Below are positions 1-8,553 of a DNA stretch of 64,000 bases, in pieces. The position numbers were made by a program, and so were the translations under genes. Numbering within the stretch: the first letter of the stretch is position 1; each line of letters starts with the position of its first letter. This stretch comes from an uncultured Nitrososphaerota archaeon (GTDB taxonomy: Archaea; Thermoproteota; EX4484-205; JAAOZP01): positions 32,001 through 96,000 of the forward strand of contig CAYQCW010000005.1 of the NCBI GenBank assembly GCA_964416155.1, written 5' to 3'. The notes under the pieces were generated by a model. It was not told where the DNA came from, did no database searches, and worked only from the letters and a program-made list of their open reading frames with translations.

Positions 1-201
1 TGATTTAACTTTCAATTTACCATTCCCCTTGCGAAGCCGGAGAAATGATCTTAGGGCTCATTTTTAAGCCTCTTGATGTGCGTAAAAACATGTGCCGACA
101 AAAATAAAAACTTTCTCATAGCGGGCTTCCTCAGGTGGTTTCGAAAACGGCTTTTACGCTCGCCCATGAAGACGCGTTAATCGCGCGTGCATCATCCATA
201 G

Positions 202-762
202 CTATGAGGCTAGCGCATACCGGATGAGCTTTGAAACGATTACGTAGAGGCAAACGCCGACCAGGGTTCCGCTGAGGATCCAGAGGGGCTGCCCCTCTAT
301 GACCCCTCTGACGGATGCGAAGAGCGCTACGGATATTCCAGTGAGCAGTGGTGTGAGTTTCAAAGGGGATGCTGGCCTTCTTAGAGCCGGCAGGGTAGCC
401 ACGCGTCTCTCAGTGCCAGCGGTTACCTCAGGACCCTCCGCTCCCCCTATTCTTGAATGTATTTTCAAGACTTCCGAGACTATAGTCTTAGCGGCTTCGC
501 TGATACTGTAGACCTCAGCGTTCTCAACCCTTCTCTTCGAGACGAGCCCGTTCTTCTCGAGAACCCCTAGGTGGTGGATTAAGAGCTGTTTGGAATAATT
601 TAGGGATTTGGATAGCGATGTAATAGTACCCTCTTTCTCTAACAGTGTTACCAATATTCTCATCCTGTGAGGCTCGGCTGCAGCCTTTATCATGTTGAGC
701 CTCTTCGGCTCCAGTTCTATTTTCTCGCCTTCGTTTGGCAACGTCTCTAAAAAAAGCGCCAA
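202..762 (-). CDS. ArsR-like winged-helix regulator with two C-terminal transmembrane helices
   Basis: N-terminal ArsR pattern (EPHRMRILVTLLEKEGTITSLSKSLNYSKQLLIHHLGVLEKNGLV); hydrophobic hairpin at the C-terminus (LLTGISVALFASV...WILSGTLVGVCLYVIV); divergent from the 1092-4542 operon; exact start uncertain. Confidence 0.75.
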   Translation of the reverse strand: MALFLETLPNEGEKIELEPKRLNMIKAAAEPHRMRILVTLLEKEGTITSLSKSLNYSKQLLIHHLGVLEKNGLVSKRRVENAEVYSISEAAKTIVSEVLKIHSRIGGAEGPEVTAGTERRVATLPALRRPASPLKLTPLLTGISVALFASVRGVIEGQPLWILSGTLVGVCLYVIVSKLIRYALAS

Positions 763-1019
763 ACGCCTTTTAAGGATTTAAGGAGAAAGGCGCGAAGGGT
801 TTGAAACATAGGGCAGTGTTACTATAAAATCGCTGAACACGGTAGGCGGATGTTTACCTGCTGGCAGGTGAAAAACTCGGATGGAGCTATCGCCACCCCC
901 TGACACTTTTCAGCAGCCTTTATCCCCCTGATTCTCCGGAGGATTCGCGCTCAAACGTTGCTCCCCGAGCCGGTTGAGAACGGCGGATATAAATCTTCCG
1001 TTGGTAAATTTTTGACCGA

Positions 1020-1045
1020 AGGTAAGCGAAAATTTTCGCTTACCT
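1020..1045. promoter_or_regulatory. Perfect 26-bp palindrome, putative operator next to a TATA-like box
   Basis: AGGTAAGCGAAAATTTTCGCTTACCT is its own reverse complement; TTATAAATA follows at about 1050-1058; operon starts at 1092. Confidence 0.7.
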
Positions 1046-1091
1046 CATATTATAAATATACGTTTTACAATACTTCTATACGTGATGGAGA

Positions 1092-2456
1092 GTGAGGATA
1101 CTTAAGACCGTCCTGAAGCTCGCTGCAATACTTCTGTCAGGGAGCTTGGTTAAGAGCCTTTTAGATTCTATCGGGTACTCCCTCGGCTTAGACCTAGGAG
1201 GCTTGACGAGCCTGATCGCCATGGCGGTGATAGCGTTCTCAACCATGTCCCTGTTGTTTCCGAGAAAGTACTTTAAAGACAATGCGAGAAGGTTCTTTAA
1301 AAGAGTATTCTCCTTCCTGCTGATCTGGTTGACGGCAGCACTCTTCTCAGCCCTCCTCCACATCAGGAACTATACTCAAATAGGATTCGTAGCAGCGTTC
1401 CTCTGCGTTGTCCTCGTTATGCGCGAATCACCGAATTCTAAGATTAAGCCGAGTAGGCTAAGGATAGTATGCGAAGAAGAGTATGTCCAACCTGAAGACC
1501 ACGCGATCCTTCTGTCCCTTGCACCTGTTCCCAGAGTTGCTTTTCTTCATGGGTTTGGCCTAGGCGGTTTACTAAAAGTCTTAAGGGGGAGGGCGAGGCT
1601 CCGCTTGAAGCTCCCTGAAGACGTCTTTATAGAGTCCTTTGAGCATCGTCAGACACTTAAGTTCCAGGGGGGCCTGTCTTCTTTCGTAGAGGCTGTCCGA
1701 AAGAGCTTAACAGGTAATACCGCTATTCTCTGTGAGGCTAAACCCGGCAGGGAGTTGATGAGTGTTGAAGTTGCTTCCGATAATCCCCAGGCTCTCGAGG
1801 AGTTCAAGAAGATTCTGAGTGGAGCAGGCCCAGGCTCAGGGCAGGATATACGACGAGCCTTGGAAGAGTGGCTCTCTCTGAAACCCTACGTAATGCCGGT
1901 GCCAGAGCTACTCGACCTAAACCCTAGTCGAATAGCGGGGAGGCTGCTAATAGTCGGTGAGAGAAGGGGTGCAGAGGACCTTGCCCTCCAGCTATGCCTC
2001 TCGCAGTTAAGGAGGAACTCGATGATCCTCGTAGTGGACGTTAAGGGGAGGACCAAGGATGCTGGGGACGAGGTGGAGAGGAGGCTCGTTGAGAAGGGTT
2101 TCAGGCCTAGCGGGAGCAGGCTGCGTAAGAAGCCCGTTAAAACCTATAGGTATCGCGATGGGATGGAAGTAGTCTTCGCTGACGAGCCCTCTGACGAAGC
2201 CTTGCTTAAGAAAACACTTTCTAAACCCTTAGCCGCTATCTGGTTTAGAGACCTTGCTCGAAACCTTGACGTGAAAGCCCCAATTAAAATACTGACACTT
2301 AAAAAACCATGGGTACGCTCCAGCTTTGAAGCGGACAACGTCATCCTAATGGGCTGCAGAAAGGAGCTGATCGAATCGTTCCTACCGTCCAGGGGGTTTG
2401 CACTCGAGGGGAGGATTGTCCTGATCTCTAAACAGGGGGTGAGGGTGCTGAAATGA
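1092..2456 (+). CDS. Membrane protein (about 4 N-terminal TM helices) with a degenerate HerA/VirB4-like P-loop domain
   Basis: Hydrophobic segments in the first 110 aa; RLLIVGERRGAE at the Walker A position and MILVVDVKG resembling the HerA/TraD hhhhDxKG strand; no GKS/T. Confidence 0.5.
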   Translation: MRILKTVLKLAAILLSGSLVKSLLDSIGYSLGLDLGGLTSLIAMAVIAFSTMSLLFPRKYFKDNARRFFKRVFSFLLIWLTAALFSALLHIRNYTQIGFVAAFLCVVLVMRESPNSKIKPSRLRIVCEEEYVQPEDHAILLSLAPVPRVAFLHGFGLGGLLKVLRGRARLRLKLPEDVFIESFEHRQTLKFQGGLSSFVEAVRKSLTGNTAILCEAKPGRELMSVEVASDNPQALEEFKKILSGAGPGSGQDIRRALEEWLSLKPYVMPVPELLDLNPSRIAGRLLIVGERRGAEDLALQLCLSQLRRNSMILVVDVKGRTKDAGDEVERRLVEKGFRPSGSRLRKKPVKTYRYRDGMEVVFADEPSDEALLKKTLSKPLAAIWFRDLARNLDVKAPIKILTLKKPWVRSSFEADNVILMGCRKELIESFLPSRGFALEGRIVLISKQGVRVLK

Positions 2457-3682
2457 GGATTGCGCCTGAACAGAGCCTAGGGTTGCTGGAGGCGTCTGTG
2501 AGAATAGGCGTAGCCGGGAGCAACTTCAAGGCTGCTCTCGTACACCTGCTTCAAGACGCGTTTAAGGATGCGAAGGTAATCCTCCTCGACTTAAACGATG
2601 AGTTTAGCTGCGTGGCGAGGATGGGTACGACTAGATACTACGATGTCGTCAAACATGGCGTAAATCCAATTAAACCTCCTGATCGTGAAAAGGTTGAACA
2701 GTATATCGAATCGGTTGTGGAAATACTTGACTATTGCTTTGGGGCTTTCAACATGAAGGGTATTGTGGCGAAAACACTCTTGGATGAAGTGTTAAGGTCT
2801 TCGGAAACCACGATACCTGAGGTCGCTTCAAGGCTTGACTTCGAGGCCCCGGAGGGCGGGCTATCGATTTACACTCCTCTTGAACCATTCACCTTCGGAA
2901 CCCTGAGGCAGGCCTTCGGCAGAAGGGAAGCAATAGAGTTCAGCGATGCTTTGGAGTCGGGAATGGTGTTCGACCTCTCCGGGTTTCCAGTGGCTTCGCA
3001 TAAGGCTTTCGCAACGCTTCTGACGCTGGTGAAGCTTACCCAGCTTAAACCCAAGCGCAGGACGCTCATAATCGTAAGCTATCCGAGCTTAATATGGCCG
3101 AGAAACAGGAGGCTTGACAATGCTAAGCTCTTCGTTGAAGAGTCATTAACCGGAGAGTTGGAGAGGAAAGGCTATTCAATAATATTCTCTGAGAAAAACC
3201 TGTCACAGGTCTCCGAAAGGGTTTTGGAGAACATTGATTCCATAGTCTTCTCGCCCCCTTCTAACGCCACTAACCCGCGGAGAACAGGCCCCATGCCTGA
3301 GAGTGATGCTTTAAACTGCTTCATGCTCATCCTAACTAAGAATGGGGAGTATGGCTTCATAGAGGCTCCTGTGAACATGTTACTTAAGCCCCTTAGCGAG
3401 AGGGAGAGGGAGGCCCGTAAGCCAGTCATGAAAGCCTTGAGCCCTGATGACGAGCTGAGAGAGAGGCTTGGCGAGCTCTATGAGGCTGGGGCCAGGATAG
3501 TCGAGAAGCTAAAGGGGTTTGGTGGAAAAGCGGGCTTGAACGAGTTCATAGAAGAGGTGAGGGCCTCGCTGGGCGCGGAGGGCCTCAGGGCGCTTGCTGC
3601 GCTCATGAGGCAGGGTTGTCTAAAACAGGTTCAGGAGGGTGAGAGAAAACTCTTGGCTCTTACGGAGGGCGGATCAGGATGA
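2453..3682 (+). CDS. Degenerate HerA/VirB4-like ATPase with a probable C-terminal winged helix
   Basis: IGVAGSNFK (eroded Walker A), VILLDLNDEF, GVNPIKPP (INPL-like), MVFDLSGF; ATGA overlaps with both neighbours. Confidence 0.55.
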   Translation: MRIAPEQSLGLLEASVRIGVAGSNFKAALVHLLQDAFKDAKVILLDLNDEFSCVARMGTTRYYDVVKHGVNPIKPPDREKVEQYIESVVEILDYCFGAFNMKGIVAKTLLDEVLRSSETTIPEVASRLDFEAPEGGLSIYTPLEPFTFGTLRQAFGRREAIEFSDALESGMVFDLSGFPVASHKAFATLLTLVKLTQLKPKRRTLIIVSYPSLIWPRNRRLDNAKLFVEESLTGELERKGYSIIFSEKNLSQVSERVLENIDSIVFSPPSNATNPRRTGPMPESDALNCFMLILTKNGEYGFIEAPVNMLLKPLSEREREARKPVMKALSPDDELRERLGELYEAGARIVEKLKGFGGKAGLNEFIEEVRASLGAEGLRALAALMRQGCLKQVQEGERKLLALTEGGSG

Positions 3683-4542
3683 GGAAGTTGAGCACCGGTA
3701 TTAAGCCGCTGGACGAGCTGACCGGAGGCCTTCCGACAGGTGTTTCAAACCTGGTGTACGGGAGTCCTGGAACAGGTAAGACCACGGTTTCTCTGACCCT
3801 GGTGGCAGAGGCGTTGAAGAGCTGTAGAGAGAATGATGTGGTAATAGTTGTGAAAACAGAGGAATGGGACCCCGACCGTTTGAAGACGATATGCTTGAAG
3901 AGGGGCATTAGGGAGGACGCCCTGTCCAGAATTAAGATGTACCAGGCTAGCGGCCTCTTCGAGCAACACAAGGCGATAGTTGAGACAATACCTAGAGAGG
4001 TGGATAAGAACGACTGGGTCCCGGTGCTTATGATCGTCGACTCGCTGGTTCCCCACTATCACGCGCAGCTCTTGAACACGCCTGCTCAACATCTAGCCTC
4101 CACAGCAAGGATCCTTCAAGGCAAGCTCTCGTTGGAAGTTAACATGCTCGTCGGAATGGCAACGGGTTACGAGTCGCTCCTCTTAATAACGAGCTGGCGG
4201 AGGAGTGAAGCCGCCAAGAGTTTTCAAGAGAAGTCTAGAAGGGAGATGGCGGAAAACATAGATAAGAAGAGTTTCTCGATAGACCCTGAGGCCGGCTTCG
4301 GCGCCAGGGAGTTCGACGTGATTGGGGGACAGCACCTCGTCTACATGAGCAAGAGCATTCTAAGGATGGTTTCTACAAGCCTAGGTGAGGAAGTTAAGGC
4401 GGTGATTCTGGAGAAATCGCTTTCAAAACCATCCATGACCTGCTGCCTAGTCAGGATAACGGAGGCAGGTATAGAATCCTACAAGGATATCAATCCGGCG
4501 CCAGTCGCCGAGATGATTAAGAAGAAAATCCTGAAGGAATGA
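3679..4542 (+). CDS. RecA-superfamily ATPase, RadA/RadB-like paralog without N-terminal HhH domain
   Basis: KLSTGIKPLDELTGG, Walker A GSPGTGKT, Walker B LMIVDSL, IGGQHLVY, C-terminal RITEAGIE. Confidence 0.85.
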   Translation: MRKLSTGIKPLDELTGGLPTGVSNLVYGSPGTGKTTVSLTLVAEALKSCRENDVVIVVKTEEWDPDRLKTICLKRGIREDALSRIKMYQASGLFEQHKAIVETIPREVDKNDWVPVLMIVDSLVPHYHAQLLNTPAQHLASTARILQGKLSLEVNMLVGMATGYESLLLITSWRRSEAAKSFQEKSRREMAENIDKKSFSIDPEAGFGAREFDVIGGQHLVYMSKSILRMVSTSLGEEVKAVILEKSLSKPSMTCCLVRITEAGIESYKDINPAPVAEMIKKKILKE

Positions 4543-4784
4543 GGAGGGACGGTGGCGTGAGCAGCCTTCTCCCCGTCCACGGCTTCGCCAAGGGCACTGG
4601 GCTAATCCTCATCATAATCCTTTCAGCCACCCCGTTCATCAACACGTCCGCCGCGACCATCGAGCTGGCTTACGATGACTGTGGAGCTGAAGGATTCTGG
4701 AGCTACTATCATCCTAACGGTATGTCTGTCAGGTTTAGCCCTCCCGCCTTCTCAATATTCGCAAGAAATCAATGGAACATTTGA
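4539..4784 (+). pseudogene. Truncated secreted/surface protein (signal peptide plus about 30 aa)
   Basis: Signal-like LILIIILSATPFINTSAA followed by TIELAYDDCGAEGFWSYY, then sequence character changes near 4750 and the frame stops. Confidence 0.4.
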
Positions 4785-5160
4785 ACTGTTGAGACAAAAA
4801 GCTAAGGTCTGGATAATCAGAAGTTCTGAAAAGCCTGACTTTGCAAGATGGCCGTGCGAGGCCCTTGATCTAAAAGAGGTTCAAGATGAAGTGAGCTGGT
4901 TAGCCATGTATAACTTGATGTCGAAAAGTAATCCGGAGGATAGGGAGGTTGTCAAGATAATTGCCTTGAAACTTTATTGGGGTAGGGAGCTGACGTTTAA
5001 AGAAAAGGCGGATGATGTGATAGATGACGGGAATGAGTTTGGAAAAGATGTTGCTGCTTACTTCTCAAGGGCGACAGAGATGCATAGAGTTATCAGAAGA
5101 CTAGGTTCTTGTTTTATGCTACTTCTGAGTAAACCACTGAATCGGCGCACTAGATACTAA
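4750..5160 (+). pseudogene. 5'-truncated fragment of an uncharacterised gene, homologous to the remnant at 51690-52035
   Basis: EINGTFELLRQKAKV...WPCEALDLKEVQ matches EIMLSTYQELEKKGNV...*PCEILNLKEVQ on the minus strand near 51835-51975. Confidence 0.45.
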
Positions 5161-5411
5161 ATGTAGTCTCTCTCAAATAAACAAAATAATTGAGTACTGA
5201 ATACCAGTACTATAAGCTGGCAAGCAGTGATCATTGTCGTTATGTTTACAAAAAAGAGAGGGGAAAACGGAGACTTTACCTACTGAACTCTATCCTCCGG
5301 CTCCCGGGTTTTTTGATTTATTTTGAAACCATTATTTCGACGGAAAAATTTATATTTGACCGAAAAAGAATGAAAAAGCAGGAGAAAAATAGGGAAAAGA
5401 GGTGATGAAAG

Positions 5412-5585
5412 TTAGTCACGCATGGTAACGTCACCCTGGCGGGGAAGGTTCGTAGTCTTACTCCTAGGGTTGCGGCTCGGGAGCGTGTTCCTGATATGCC
5501 GCGTAGGAGGGTTAGGAGTATTTATCGTAAGAGGGTTGTGTTGAATCGTCAGCCGGGTCAGGTTTGGAAGCAGATGCGTGTTTAG
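5412..5585 (+). CDS. rps30e: Ribosomal protein S30e (eS30), not in the ORF track; no canonical start codon
   Basis: Manual translation VTHGNVTLAGKVRSLTPRVAARERVPDMPRRRVRSIYRKRVVLNRQPGQVWKQMRV* has the HGxxxxAGKVRxxTP signature; SD GAGGTGA at 5399-5405; first codon TTA; TATA-like TTTATA near 5349; T-rich tract downstream. Confidence 0.85.
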   Translation, partial: LVTHGNVTLAGKVRSLTPRVAARERVPDMPRRRVRSIYRKRVVLNRQPGQVWKQMRV

Positions 5586-5679
5586 ATATTTTTATAATTC
5601 TAAGTTTGTTTTTTCTGGTTTCTTATTGTTTTTTCTTAGCCTGTTTTTAAGCATATTCCTGTGGACTTGTTAAACGTGT

Positions 5680-5891
5680 TTGCCATAGTTTTTAGAGGTT
5701 TAAGGGATTCTTCTCTCGCGGGTGCCTGCTTTCTTTATGATCGTGTTTACGAGGCTTGGCTTCACGTCTTTTCCAGGATGCGTTGGGACCACTATTTTAA
5801 CTCTTCTATTGTTCACCATTATGATGTGTGAGCCTTTTCACCTGATGATTTTTAAACAGCCTCAGGGTCTCGCTGGAGTGGTTCTACTCAG
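5680..5891 (-). pseudogene. HicA-family toxin pseudogene
   Basis: Manual translation LSRTTPARP*GCLKIIR*KGSHIIMVNNRRVKIVVPTHPGKDVKPSLVNTIIKKAG: HicA GSH and VPxHPGKD motifs with two in-frame stops and a 3' frameshift. Confidence 0.75.
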
Positions 5892-6203
5892 GGGTGCTTA
5901 CTCTTCGGATTCTCGTAGCTGGAGTTATGGGGTGAAACGGGAAGCCTCATATGGGGTTAGGGGCTCCCTCTTCGATTTGTCGCAGGATTATTCTCTGCAT
6001 TGTTTCGGTAGATGACTCTTTTGATTTCGCACGGTTTTTCAGTATTTTGGCAGGTAATGTTGGGTAAACCTATTTTTGCACGTAGCGCGCGCAAGGTCGT
6101 CCAAATTGCTCCCTAGCGTTTTCCCTCAGACCTCAGGCGACTGTTTTTTATGGGACTTAGCATGCTGATTGAAGATAACTTTTTATAAGCAGGATGTTAT
6201 ATC

Positions 6204-7016
6204 ATGTCGGGTGGTGGTGATACGGTGATAGAGACTCTAATTGCCGTCCTAGTCGTTTTGATCACCGTGATCTCCATCCTGGCATCCTCCATCAAGATAG
6301 TGAGGGAATATGAAAGGGGGGTCATTTTCAGGCTTGGGCGTCTCGTTGGCGCCAAGGGTCCTGGGCTGTTTTTCATCATACCGGGATTCGATAGAATGCA
6401 AGTCGTCGGCTTGAGAACCGTAACATACGATGCGCGTAAGATAGCGGTGATCACGAAAGACAACATAAGATGCGATGTGGACTCCTTCGTGTATTATCGC
6501 GTGATCGACCCCGTTAAGGCCGTCTGCGAAGTGGCGAATTACGTTCAAGCCACTCAAAACTTGGCAAAAACCGTATTGCGGGATGTCCTAGGCCACGCAG
6601 AGCTTGATGATTTGTTGACGAAGACCCCTGAGCTCACAAAGCAAATTCAACGGGAGTTGGATGAAATGACCGATCCTTGGGGGATAAAGGTCAGTGCTGT
6701 CGTAATAAGCGACATCATCCTTCCGGTTGAGATGCAGAGGGCGATCGCGAAACAAGCCGAGGCTGAGAGGGAGAGGAGGTCGAGGATAATCGTGGCCGAA
6801 GGGGAATATATGGCGGCGGAGAAGATGACAGAGGCCGCTAAGCTTTATGAAAGAAATCCAATAGCCCTTAAGCTCAGAGAGCTCCAAACGCTTGCAGAGA
6901 TCTCACGGGAAAAGAACCTCATAGTGGTCACTTCTACGACTGACTTACGGGAACTGGGAAACATAGTTGCCATGACGCGTGCAACCACCGAAAGTGGAGA
7001 ACAGGCTAAGAGGTAA
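6204..7016 (+). CDS. SPFH/band-7 (stomatin-like) protein
   Basis: N-terminal TM; SIKIVREYERGVIFRLGR, GPGLFFIIP, AKQAEAERERR. Confidence 0.95.
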   Translation: MSGGGDTVIETLIAVLVVLITVISILASSIKIVREYERGVIFRLGRLVGAKGPGLFFIIPGFDRMQVVGLRTVTYDARKIAVITKDNIRCDVDSFVYYRVIDPVKAVCEVANYVQATQNLAKTVLRDVLGHAELDDLLTKTPELTKQIQRELDEMTDPWGIKVSAVVISDIILPVEMQRAIAKQAEAERERRSRIIVAEGEYMAAEKMTEAAKLYERNPIALKLRELQTLAEISREKNLIVVTSTTDLRELGNIVAMTRATTESGEQAKR

Positions 7017-8332
7017 TGATCCCACGCAGAAATTCGTTAGTCTTTCTTTTCCTCCTCGTTCCATTATTGTTGGAAGTTTCCTCCTCTGCCGGTTCGGAGA
7101 GTAGGTCGGTTGTGGTTATCCGGCTTGACGGCGTAATCAATGCCGCTGCGTTGGATTTGGTTAAAGAGGGATTGGATGAGGCCCAAAAAACGGGCGCAAA
7201 GGCCATCGTGCTTCTTCTAGAGACCCCGGGTGGTCTATGGGACGCAACATACGGTATCGTCAGGCTCATCGAGCAATCGTCGATTCCGGTCGTTTCATTC
7301 GTGTACCCGAAAGGGGCTACGGCGTGGTCTGCAGGCACATTCATTGTGCTTTCTTCTCATGTGGCCGCCATGGCCCCTTACTCCGTCATCGGGTCCTGTC
7401 AACCTCGAACATATCCCTCCGGGGAATTGGTTGATGACCCAAAGCTTGTCAATGCCCTCAAGGAATTTTTGGTTCAGAGGGCAGGTATGCGTGGCAGGAA
7501 TAGGACGATCGCTGAAGAATTTGTCATAAGAAATCGCAACATAGGAGCGGAGGATGCGAAAAACCTAAACGTTATAGAGGTCGTGGCTTCCACTATCGAT
7601 GAATTGTTGTTGAACGTCGATGGAATGAACGTTGAGGTGGAAGGAAGGGGACGGGTTGTAATCCAAACCGAAAACGCGGAGATACATTATTATGGTTCAA
7701 GCATACGCGTAAGGTTTTTACGGATCATCTCCGACCCCACGATCGCGTATATCCTGTTTATCCTCGGCTTTTGGGGACTTATTTTTGGCTTCTTAACAAT
7801 CGGGTTCGAAGGGGAGATCATAGGGGGCATCCTTCTAATTTTGGGTTTAATTGGGTTGGGATTCTACGTCGATATGTTTGTAGCAATTCTCCTAATTTTA
7901 GGGGGGATTCTGATATACGTGGAGATGCGGGAACCAGGGCTCCAATTCATCGGTCCGGCCGGAGTCCTCTGTATATTAATAGGGTCGCTGCTCCTGCTCC
8001 GGTTCGACCCCGTGCGTTGGCTAATTTCCCCGCAGTGGTATTGGTTTTTCATGCTCGTGATCCTCGCTCTAATAAGCATCGTTGGAGCATTTTCGATGAT
8101 AGTTCTATATAAGGTGTTTAGAATGGCGAAAAGGAAGCCTGCCGTTCTTAAGTTCATCGGGGAAGTCGCCGTAACGATAGATGAAGTCGGCCCAGATAAG
8201 GAAGGGTTTGTTCGGTTTCATGGCGAGTATTGGAAGGCTCGTTCACATACAGATATTAAACCCGGCCAAAAGGTGAGGATCGTTGCCAAAGAAGGTTTAA
8301 TCCTTACTGTGGAGCCAGTAGAGGGAAATTAG
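7016..8332 (+). CDS. nfeD: NfeD/STOPP membrane-bound serine protease
   Basis: Signal peptide, LETPGG, AWSAGTFI ClpP-like domain, TM region, C-terminal OB fold GEYWKARS; usual partner of stomatin. Confidence 0.92.
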   Translation: MIPRRNSLVFLFLLVPLLLEVSSSAGSESRSVVVIRLDGVINAAALDLVKEGLDEAQKTGAKAIVLLLETPGGLWDATYGIVRLIEQSSIPVVSFVYPKGATAWSAGTFIVLSSHVAAMAPYSVIGSCQPRTYPSGELVDDPKLVNALKEFLVQRAGMRGRNRTIAEEFVIRNRNIGAEDAKNLNVIEVVASTIDELLLNVDGMNVEVEGRGRVVIQTENAEIHYYGSSIRVRFLRIISDPTIAYILFILGFWGLIFGFLTIGFEGEIIGGILLILGLIGLGFYVDMFVAILLILGGILIYVEMREPGLQFIGPAGVLCILIGSLLLLRFDPVRWLISPQWYWFFMLVILALISIVGAFSMIVLYKVFRMAKRKPAVLKFIGEVAVTIDEVGPDKEGFVRFHGEYWKARSHTDIKPGQKVRIVAKEGLILTVEPVEGN

Positions 8333-8553
8333 TTAGCATGTGGAACGATGAAGCCTAGCACAAACCATGTGTAGAGGACGCTATGAAAAGGGCCCATCGA
8401 AATTGCCGTGTTGTGCTCGCTTCTTTTCTTGCTCATTTCACATAGCATGTTGTATGCTGCAGAAAGCTAATTCTAAGAGTTATTTTCACCGGAATGGTGT
8501 TAGACAAATTTAATAGCTTTAGGTAGATGTGTAGCAAATAAAGGGCCAAAGCG

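Noticed and set aside
827-990. c-di-AMP (ydaO) riboswitch
   Set aside because: AATCGCTGAA and GGGGA...GAATCC-like words occur but on opposite strands, and the conserved 3' GCUAAC..CGUAGGC segment is absent
3679-4542. KaiC/FlaH or main RadA
   Set aside because: Lacks the RadA N-terminal domain and KaiC-type C-terminal motifs; the C-terminal half is RadA/RadB-like
5190-5405. 71-aa ORF
   Set aside because: Runs through the A-rich promoter/leader of rps30e; low-complexity, no motif
5722-6015. 97-aa plus-strand ORF
   Set aside because: Antisense to the HicA pseudogene
5895-6120. HicB antitoxin upstream of the HicA remnant
   Set aside because: No recognisable HicB motif in the frames I could read
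8340-8470. Possible MFS transporter N-terminal remnant (MKRAHRNCRVVLASFLAHFT*)
   Set aside because: Too short to support
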